NCBI RefSeq assembly: GCF_009914755.1
Contig: NC_060925.1
Length of the DNA stretch: 64,000 nucleotides
Strand: one strand, 5' to 3'
Origin: the human T2T-CHM13v2.0 reference genome, Homo sapiens
Shown here piece after piece: positions 52,666 to 63,345 of this stretch. A program made the translations under genes and the position numbers. Within the stretch, counting starts at the first letter, position 1. Each line of letters opens with the position of its first letter. The notes beneath the pieces were generated by a model. The model ran no database searches. It saw only the letters and a program-made list of their open reading frames with translations, and was not told the DNA's origin.

Positions 52666-55600
52666 ATTCAACTCACAGAGTTTAACCTTTCTGTTCATAG
52701 AGCAGTTAGGAAACACTCTGTTTGTAAAGTCTGCAAGTGGATATTCAGACCTCCTTGAGGCCTTCGTTGGAAACGGGATTTCTTCATATTCTGCTAGACA
52801 GAAGAATTCTCAGTAACTTCCTTGTGTTGTGTGTATTCAACTCACAGAGTTGAACGATCCTTTACACAGAGCAGACTTGAAACACTCTTTTTGTGGAATT
52901 TGCAAGTGGAGATTTCAGCCGCTTTGAGGTCAATGGTAGAATAGGAAATATCTTCCTATAGAAACTAGACAGAATGATTCTCAGAAACTCCTTTGTGATG
53001 TGTGCGTTCAACTCACAGAGTTTAACCTTTCTTTTCATAGAGCAGTTAGGAAACACTCTGTTTGTAAAGTCTGCAAGTGGATATTCAGACCTCTTTGAGG
53101 CCTTCGTTGGAAACGGGATTTCTTCATATTCTGCTAGACAGAAGAATTCTCAGTAACTTCCTTGTGTTGTGTGTATTCAACTCACAGAGTTGAACGATCC
53201 TTTACACAGAGCAGACTTGAAACACTCTTTTTGTGGAATTTGCAAGTGGAGATTTCAGCCGCTTTTAGGTCAATAGTAGAAAAGGAAATATCTTCGTAGA
53301 AAAACTAGGCAGAATGATTCTCAGAAACTCCTTTGTGATGTGTGTGTTCAACTCACAGAGTTTAACCTTTCTTTTCATAGAGCAGTTAGTAAACACTCTG
53401 TTTATAAAGTCTGCAAGTGGATATTCAGACCCCTTTGAGGCCTTCGTTGGAAACGGGATTTCTTCATATTATGCTAGACAGAAGAATTCTCAGTAACTTC
53501 CTTGTGTTGTGTGTATTCAACTGACAGAGTTGAACTTTCATTTAGAGAGAGCAGATTTGAAACACTGTTTTTGTGGAATTTGCAAGTGGAGATTTCAAGC
53601 GCTTTGGGGCCAAGGGCAGAAAAGGAAATATCTTCGTATAAAAACTAGACAGAATCATTTTCAGAAACTGCTGCGTGATGTGTGCGTTCAACTCTCAGAG
53701 TTTAACTTTTCTTTTCATTCAGCGGTTTGGAAACACTCTGTTTGTAAAGTCTGCACGTGGATATTTTGACCACTTAGAGGCCTTCGTTGGAAACGGGTTT
53801 TTTTTCATGTAAGGCTAGACAGAAGAATTCCCAGTAACTTCCTTGTGTTGTGTGCATTCAACTCACAGAGTTGAACGTTCCCTTAGACAGAGCAGATTTG
53901 AAACACTCTATTTGTGCAATTTGCAAGTGTAGATTTCAAGCGCTTTAAGGTCAACGGCAGAAAAGGAAATATCTTCGTTTCAAAACTAGACAGAATCATT
54001 CCCACAAACTGCGTTGTGATGGGTTCGTTCAACTCACAGAGTTTAACCTTTCTGTTCATAGAGCAGTTAGGAAACACTCTGTTTGTAAAGTCTGTAAGTG
54101 GATATTCTGACATCTTGTGGCCTTCGTTGGAAACGGGATTTCTTCATATTCTGCTAGACAGAAGAATTCTCAGTAACTTCCTTGTGTTGTGTGTATTCAA
54201 CTCACAGAGTTGAACGATCCTTTACACAGAGCAGACTTGAAACACTCTTTTTGTGGAATTTGCAAGTGGAGATTTCAGCCGCTTTGAGGTCAATGGTAGA
54301 AAAGGAAACTATCTTCGTATAAAGACTAGACAGAATGATTCTCAGAAAATCTTTTGTGATGTGTGCGTTCAACTCACAGAGTTTAACTTTTCTTCTCATA
54401 GAGCAGTTAGGAAACACTCTGTTTGTAAAGTCTGCAAGTGGATATTCAGACCTCTTTGAGGCCTTCGTTGGAAACGGGATTTCTTCATATTATGATAGAC
54501 AGAATAATTCTCAGTAACTTCCTTGTGTTGTGTGTATTCAACTCACAGAGTTGAAGGATCCTTTACAGAGAGCAGGCTTGAAACACTCTTTTTGTCGAAT
54601 TTGCAAGTGGAGTTTGCAGCCGCTTTGAGGTCAATGGTAGAATAGGAAATATCTTCTGATAGAAACTAGACAGAATGATTCTCATAAACTCCTTTGTGAA
54701 GTGTGCGTTCAACTCACAGAGTTTAACCTTTCTTTTCATAGAGCAGTTAGGAAACACTCTGTTTGTAAAGTCGGCAAGTGGATATTCAGACCTCCTTGAG
54801 GCCTTCGTTGGAAACAGGATTTCTTCATATTCTGCTAGACAGAAGAATTCTCAGTAACTTCCTTGTGTTGTGTTTATTCAACTCACAGAGTTGAATGATC
54901 CTTTACACAGAGCAGACTTGAAACACTCTTTTTGTGGAATTTGCAAGTGGAGATTTCAGCCGCTTTGAGGTCAATGGTAGAAAAGTAAATATCTTCGTAT
55001 AAAGACTAGACAGAATGATTCTCAGAAACTCCTTTGTGATGTGTGCGTTCAACTCACAGAGTTTAAGCTTTCTGTTCATAGAGCAGTTAGGAAACACTCT
55101 GTTTGTAAAGTCTGGAAGTGGATATTCAGACCTCCTTGAGGCCTTCGTTGGAAACGGTATTTCTTCATATTCTGCTAGACAGAAGAATTCTCAGTAACTT
55201 CCTTGTGTTGTGTGTATTCAACTCACAGAGTTGAACGATCCTTTACACAGAGCAGACTTGAAACACTCTTTTTGTGGAATTTGCAAGTGGAGATTTCAGC
55301 CGCTTTGAGGTCAATGGTAGAATAGGAAATATCTTCCTATAGAAACTAGACAGAATGATTCTCAGAAACTCCTTTGTGATGTGTGCGTTCAACTCACAGA
55401 GTTTAAACTTTCTTTTCATAGAGCAGTTAGGAAACACTCTGTTTGTAAAGTCTGCAAGCGGATATTCAGACCTCCTTGAAGCCTTCGTTGGAAACGGGAT
55501 TTCTTCATATTCTGCTAGACAGAAGAATTCTCAGTAACTTCCTTGTGTTGTGTGTATTCAACTCACAGAGATGAACGATCCTTTACACAGAGCAGACTTG

Positions 55601-58600
55601 AAACACTCCTTTTTTGGAATTTGCAAGTGGAGATTTCAGCCGCTTTGAGGTCAATGGTAGAAAAGGAAACTATCTTCGTATAAAGACTAGACAGAATGAT
55701 TCCCACAAAATCCTTTGTGATGTGTGCGTTCAACTCACAGAGTTTAACCTTTCTTTTCATAGAGCAGTTAGTAAACACTCTGTTTATAAAGTCTGCAAGT
55801 GGATATTCAGACCCCTTTGAGGCCTTCGTTGGAAACGGGATTTCTTCATATTATGCTAGACAGAAGAATTCTCAGTAACTTCCTTCTGTTGTATGTATTC
55901 AACTGACAGAGTTGAACTTTCATTTAGAGAGAGCAGATTTGAAACACTGTTTTTGTGGAATTTGCAAGTGGAGATTTCAAGCGCTTCGGGGCCAAAGGCA
56001 GAAAAGGAAATATCTTCGTATAAAAACTAGACAGAATCATTCTCAGAAACTGCTGCGTGATGTGTGCGTTCAACTCTCAGAGTTTAACTTTTCTTTTCAT
56101 TCAGCGGTTTGGAAACACTCTGTTTGTAAAGTCTGCACGTGGATATTTTGACCACTTAGAGGCCTTCGTTGGAAACGGGTTTTTTTCATGTAAGGCTAGA
56201 CAGAAGAATTCCCAGTAACTTCCTTGTGTTGTGTGCATTCAACTCACAGAGTTGAACGTTCCCTTAGACAGAGCAGATTTGAAATACTCTATTTGTGCAA
56301 TTTGCAAGTGTAGATTTCAAGCGCTTTAAGGTCAACGGCAGAAAAGGAAATATCTTCGTTTCAAAACTAGACAGAATCATTCCCACAAACTGCGTTGTGA
56401 TGGGTTCGTTCAACTCACAGAGTTTAACCTTTCTGTTCATAGAGCAGTTAGGAAACACTCTGTTTGTAAAGTCTGTAAGTGGATATTCTGACATCTTGTG
56501 GCCTTCGTTGGAAACGGGATTTCTTCATATTCTGCTAGACAGAAGAATTCTCAGTAACTTCCTTGAGTTGTGTGTATTCAACTCACAGAGTTGAACGATC
56601 CTTTACACAGAGCAGACTTGAAACACTCTTTTTGTGGAATTTGCAAGTGGAGATTTCAGCCGCTTTGAGGTCAATGGTAGAAAAGGAAACTATCTTCATA
56701 TAAAGACTAGACAGAATGATTCTCAGAAAATCTTTTGTGATGTGTGCGTTCAACTCACAGAGTTTAACTTTTCTTCTCGTAGAGCAGTTAGGAAACACTC
56801 TGTTTGTAAAGTCTGCAAGTGGATATTCAGACCTCTTTGAGGCCTTCGTTGGAAACGGGATTTCTTCATATTACGCTAGACAGAATAATTCTCAGTAACT
56901 TCCTTGTGTTGTGTGTATTCAACTCACAGAGTTGAAGGATCCTTTACAGAGAGCAGGCTTGAAACACTCTTTTTGTGGAATTTGCAAGTGGAGATTTCAG
57001 CCGCTTTGAGGTCAATGGTAGAATAGGAAATATCTTCTGATAGAAACTAGACAGAATGATTCTCATAAACTCCTTTGTGATGTGTGCGTTCAACTCACAG
57101 AGTTTAACCTTTCTTTTCATAGAGCAGTTAGGAAACACTCTGTTTGTAAAGTCTGCAAGTGGATATTCAGACCTCCTTGAGGCCTTCGTTGGAAACGGGA
57201 TTTCTTCATATTCTGCTAGACAGAAGAATTCTCAGTAACTTCCTTGTGTTGTGTTTATTCAACTCACAGAGTTGAATGATCCTTTACACAGAGCAGACTT
57301 GAAACACTCTTTTTGTGGAATTTGCAAGTGGAGATTTCAGCCGCTTTGAGGTCAATGGTAGAAAAGTAAATATCTTCGTATAAAGACTAGACAGAATGAT
57401 TCTCAGAAACTCCTTTGTGGTGTGTGCGTTCAACTCACAGAGTTTAACCTTTCTGTTCATAGAGCAGTTAGGAAACACTCTGTTTGTAAAGTCTGCAAGT
57501 GGATATTCAGACCTCCTTGAGGCCTTCGTTGGAAACGGGATTTCTTCATATTCTGCTAGACAGAAGAATTCTCAGTAACTTCCTTGTGTTGTCTGTATTC
57601 AACTCACAGAGTTGAACGATCCTTTACACAGAGCAGACTTGAAACACTCTTTTTGTGGAATTTGCAAGTGGAGATTTCAGCCGCTTTGAGGTCAATGGTA
57701 GAATAGGAAATATCTTCCTATAGAAACTAGACAGAATGATTCTCAGAAACTCCTTTGTGATGTGTGCGTTCAACTAACAGAGTTTAACCTTTCTTTTCAT
57801 AGAGCAGTTAGGAAACACTCTGTTTGTAAAGTCTGCAAGTGGATATTCAGACCTCTTTGAGGCCTTCGTTGGAAACGGGATTTCTTCATATTCTGCTAGA
57901 CAGAAGAATTCTCAGTAACTTCCTTGTGTTGTGTGTATTCAACTCACAGAGTTGAACGATCCTTTACACAGAGCAGACTTGAAACACTCTTTTTGTGGAA
58001 TTTGCAAGTGGAGATTTCAGCCGCTTTGAGGTCAATAGTAGAAAAGGAAATATCTTCGTAGAAAAACTAGGCAGAATGATTCTCAGAAACTCCTTTGTGA
58101 CGTGTGTGTTCAACTCACAGAGTTTAACCTTTCTTTTCATAGAGCAGTTAGTAAACACTCTGTTTATAAAGTCTGCAAGTGGATATTCAGACCCCTTTGA
58201 GGCCTTCGTTGGAAACGGGATTTCTTCATATTATGCTAGACAGAAGAATTCTCAGTAACTTCCTTGTGTTGTGTGTATTCAACTGACAGAGTTGAACTTT
58301 CATTTAGAGAGAGCAGATTTGAAACACTGTTTTTGTGGAATTTGCAAGTGGAGATTTCAAGCGCTTCGGGGCCAAAGGCAGAAAAGGAAATATCTTCGTA
58401 TAAAAACTAGACAGAATCATTCTCAGAAACTGCTGCGTGATGTGTGGGTTCAACTCTCAGAGTTTAACTTTTCTTTTCATTCAGCGGTTTGGAAACACTC
58501 TGTTTGTAAAGTCTGCACGTGGAAATATTGACCACTTAGAGGCCTTCGTTGGAAACGGGTTTTTTTCATGTAAGGCTAGACAGAAGAATTCCCAGTAACT

Positions 58601-60627
58601 TCCTTGTGTTGTGTGCATTCAACTCACAGAGTTGAACGTTCCCTTAGACAGAGCAGATTTGAAACACTCTATTTGTGCAATTTGCAAGTGTAGATTTCAA
58701 GCGCTTTAAGGTCAACGGCAGAAAAGGAAATATCTTCGTTTCAAAACTAGACAGAATCATTCCCACAAACTGCGTTGTGATGGGTTCGTTCAACTCACAG
58801 AGTTTAACCTTTCTGTTCATAGAGCAGTTAGGAAACACTCTGTTTGTAAAGTCTGTAAGTGGATATTCTGACATCTTGTGGCCTTCGTTGGAAACGGGAT
58901 TTCTTCATATTCTGCTAGACAGAAGAATTCTCAGTAACTTCCTTGTGTTGTGTGTATTCAACTCACAGAGTTGAACGATCCTTTACACAGAGCAGACTTG
59001 AAACACTCTTTTTGTGGAATTTGCAAGTGGAGATTTCAGCCGCTTTGAGGTCAATGGTAGAAAAGGAAACTATCTTCGTATAAAGACTAGACAGAATGAT
59101 TCTCAGAAAATCTTTTGTGATGTGTGCGTTCAACTCACAGAGTTTAACTTTTCTTCTCATAGAGCAGTTAGGAAACACTCTGTTTGTAAAGTCTGCAAGT
59201 GGATATTCAGACCTCTTTGAGGCCTTCGTTGGAAACGGGATTTCTTCATATTATGCTAGACAGAATAATTCTCAGTAACTTCCTTGTGTTGTGTGTATTC
59301 AACTCACAGAGTTGAAGGATCCTTTACAGAGAGCAGGCTTGAAACACTCTTTTTGTCGAATTTGCAAGTGGAGATTTCAGCCGCTTTGAGGTCAATGGTA
59401 GAATAGGAAATATCTTCTGATAGAAACTAGACAGAATGATTCTCATAAACTCCTTTGTGATGTGTGCATTCAACTCACAGAGTTTAACCTTTCTTTTCAT
59501 AGAGCAGTTAGGAAACACTCTGTTTGTAAAGTCTGCAAGTGGATATTCAGACCTCCTTGAGGCCTTCGTTGGAAACGGGATTTCTACATATTCTGCTAGA
59601 CAGAAGAATTCTCAGTAACTTCCTTGTGTTGTGTTTATTCAACTCACATAGTCGAATGATCCTTTACACAGAGCAGTCTTGAAACACTCTTTTTGTGGAA
59701 TTTGCAAGTGGAGATTTCAGCCGCTTTGAGGTCAATGGTAGAAAAGTAAATATCTTCGTATAAAGACTAGACAGAATGATTCTCAGAAAATCCTTTGTGA
59801 TGTGTGCGTTCAACTCACAGAGTTTAACCTTTCTGTTCATAGAGCAGTTAGGAAACACTCTGTTTGTAAAGTCTGGAAGTGGATATTCAGACCTCCTTGA
59901 GGCCTTCGTTGGAAACGGGATTTCTTCATATTCTGCTAGACAGAAGAATTCTCAGTAACTTCCTTGTGTTGTGTGTATTCAACTCACAGAGTTGAACGAT
60001 CCTTTACACAGAGCAGACTTGAAACACTCTTTTTGTGGAATTTGCAAGTGGAGATTTCAGCCGCTTTGAGGTCAATGGTAGAATAGGAAATATCTTCCTA
60101 TAGAAACTAGAGAGAATGATTCTCAGAAACTCCTTTGTGATGTGTGCGTTCAACTCACAGAGTTTAAACTTTCTTTTCATAGAGCAGTTAGGAAACACTC
60201 TGTTTGTAAAGTCTGCAAGCGGATATTCAGACCTCTTTGAAGCCTTCGTTGGAAACGGGATTTCTTCATATTCTGCTAGACAGAAGAATTCTCAGTAACT
60301 TCCTTGTGTAGTGTGTATTCAACTCACAGAGATGAACGATCCTTTACACAGAGCAGACTTGAAACACTCCTTTTGTGGAATTTGCAAGTGGAGATTTCAG
60401 CCGCTTTGAGGTCAATGGTAGAAAAGGAAACTATCTTCGTATAAAGACTAGACAGAATGATTCCCACAAAATCCTTTGTGATGTGTGTGTTCAACTCACA
60501 GAGTTTAACCTTTCTTTTCATAGAGCAGTTAGTAAACACTCTGTTTATAAAGTCTGCAAGTGGATATTCAGACCCCTTTGAGGCCTTCGTTGGAAACGGG
60601 ATTTCTTCATATTATGCTAGACAGAAG

Positions 60628-63345
60628 AATTCTCAGTAACTTCCTTGTGTTGTGTGTATTCAACTGACAGAGTTGAACTTTCATTTAGAGAGAGCAGATT
60701 TGAAACACTGTTTTTGTGGAATTTGCAAGTGGAGATTTCAAGCGCTTCGGGGCCAAAGGCAGAAAAGGAAATATCTTCGTATAAAAACTAGACAGAATCA
60801 TTCTCAGAAACTGCTGCGTGATGTGTGCGTTCAACTCTCAGAGTTTAACTTTTCTTTTCATTCAGCGGTTTGGAAACACTCTGTTTGTAAAGTCTGCACG
60901 TGGAAATTTTGACCACTTAGAGGCCTTCGTTGGAAACGGGATTTTTTCATGTAAGGCTAGACAGAAGAATTCCCAGTAACTTCCTTGTGTTGTGTGCATT
61001 CAACTCACAGAGTTGAACGTTCCCTTAGACAGAGCAGATTTGAAACACTCTATTTGTGCAATTTGCAAGTGTAGATTTCAAGCGCTTTAAGGTCAATGGC
61101 AGAAAAGGAAATATCTTCGTTTCAAAACTAGACAGAATCATTCCCACAAACTGCGTTGTGATGTGTTCGTTCAACTCACAGAGTTTAACCTTTCTGTTCA
61201 TAGAGCAGTTAGGAAACACTCTGTTTGTAAAGTCTGTAAGTGGATATTCTGACATCTTGTGGCCTTCGTTGGAAACGGGATTTCTTCATATTCTGCTAGA
61301 CAGAAGAATTCTCAGTAACTTCCTTGTGTTGTGTGTATTCAACTCACAGAGTTGAACGATCCTTTACACAGAGCAGACTTGAAACACTCTTTTTGTGGAA
61401 TTTGCAAGTGGAGATTTCAGCCGCTTTGAGGTCAATGGTAGAAAAGGAAACTATCTTCATATAAAGACTAGACAGAATGATTCTCAGAAAATCTTTTGTG
61501 ATGTGTGCGTTCAACTCACAGTTTAACTTTTCTTCTCATAGAGCAGTTAGGAAACACTCTGTTTGTAAAGTGTGCAAGTGGATATTCAGACCTCTATGAG
61601 GCCTTCGTTGGAAACGGGATTTCTTCATATTATGCTAGACAGAATAATTCTCAGTAACTTCTTTGTGTTGTGTGTATTCAACTCACAGAGTTGAAGGATC
61701 CTTTACAGAGAGCAGGCTTGAAACACTCTTTTTGTCGAATTTGCAAGTGGAGATTTCAGCCGCTTTGAGGTCAATGGTAGAATAGGAAATATCTTCTTAT
61801 AGAAACTAGACAGAATGATTCTCATAAACTCCTTTGTGATGTGTGCGTTCAACTCACAGAGTTTAACCTTTCTTTTCATAGAGCAGTTAGGAAACACTCT
61901 GTTTGTAAAGTCTGCAAGTGGATATTCAGACCTCCTTGAGGCCTTCGTTGGAAACGGGATTTCTTCATATTCTGCTAGACAGAAGAATTCTCAGTAACTT
62001 CCTTGTGTTGTGTTTATTCAACTCACAGAGTTGAATGATCCTTTACACAGAGCAGACTTGAAACACTCTTTTTGTGGAATTTGCAAGTGGACATTTCAGC
62101 CGCTTTGAGGTCAATGGTAGAAAAGTAAATATCTTCGTATAAAGACTACACAGAATGATTCTCAGAAACTCCTTTGTGATGTGTGCGTTCAACTCACAGA
62201 GTTTAACCTTTCTGTTCATAGAGCAGTTAGGAAACACTCTGTTTGTAAAGTCTGCAAGTGGATATTCAGACCTCCTTGAGGCCTTTGTTGGAAACGGGAT
62301 TTCTTCATATTCTGCTAGACAGAAGAATTCTCAGTAACTTCCTTGTGTTGTGTGTATTCAACTCACAGAGTTGAACGATCCTTTACACAGAGCAGACTTG
62401 AAACACTCTTTTTGTGGAATTTGCAAGTGGAGATTTCAGCCGCTTTGAGGTCAATGGTAGAAAAGGAAATATCTTCGTATAAAGACTAGACAGAATGATT
62501 CTCAGAAACTCCTTTGTGATGCGTGCGTTCAACTCACAGAGTTTAACTTTTCTTTTCATAGAGCAGTTAGGAAACACTCTGTTTGTAAAGTCTGCAAGTG
62601 GATATTCAGACCTCTTTGAGGCCTTCGTTGGAAACGGGATTTCTTCATATTATGCGAGACAGAAGAATTCTCAGTAACTTCCTTGTGTTGTGTGTATTCA
62701 ACTCACAGAGTTGAACGATCCTTTACACAGAGCAGACTTGAAACACTCTTTTTGTGGAATTTGCAAGTGGAGATTTCAGCCGCTTTGAGGTCAATGGTAG
62801 AATAGGAAATATCTTCCTATAGAAACTAGACAGAATGATTCTCAGAAACTCCTTTGTGATGTGTGCGTTCAACTCACAGAGTTTAACCTTTCTTTTCATA
62901 GAGCAGTTAGGAAACACTCTGTTTGTAAAGTCTGCAAGTGGATATTCAGACCTCTTTGAGGCCTTCGTTGGAAACGGGATTTCTTCATATTCTGCTAGAC
63001 AGAAGAATTCTCAGTAACTTCCTTGTGTTGTGTGTATTCAACTCACAGAGTTGAACGATCCTTTACACAGAGCAGACTTGAAACACTCTTTTTGTGGAAT
63101 TTGCAATTGGAGATTTCAGCCGCTTTGAGGTCAATAGTAGAAAAGGAAATATCTTCGTAGAAAAACTAGACAGAATGATTCTCAGAAACTCCTTTGTGAT
63201 GTGTGTGTTCAACTCACAGAGTTTAACCTTTGTTTTCATAGAGCAGTTAGTAAACACTCTGTTTATAAAGTCTGCAAGTGGATATTCAGACCCCTTTGAG
63301 GCCTTCGTTGGAAACGGGATTTCTTCATATTATGCTAGACCGAAG
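60628..63345 (+). repeat. 16-mer HOR unit A-B-C-D-E-H-F-G (~2.72 kb)
   Basis: A-dimer spacing 60652 to 63370 is 2718 bp. An extra generic dimer H (AAAAGGAAATATCTTCGTATAAAGAC, ~62330-62670) lies between E and F. Confidence 0.85.
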
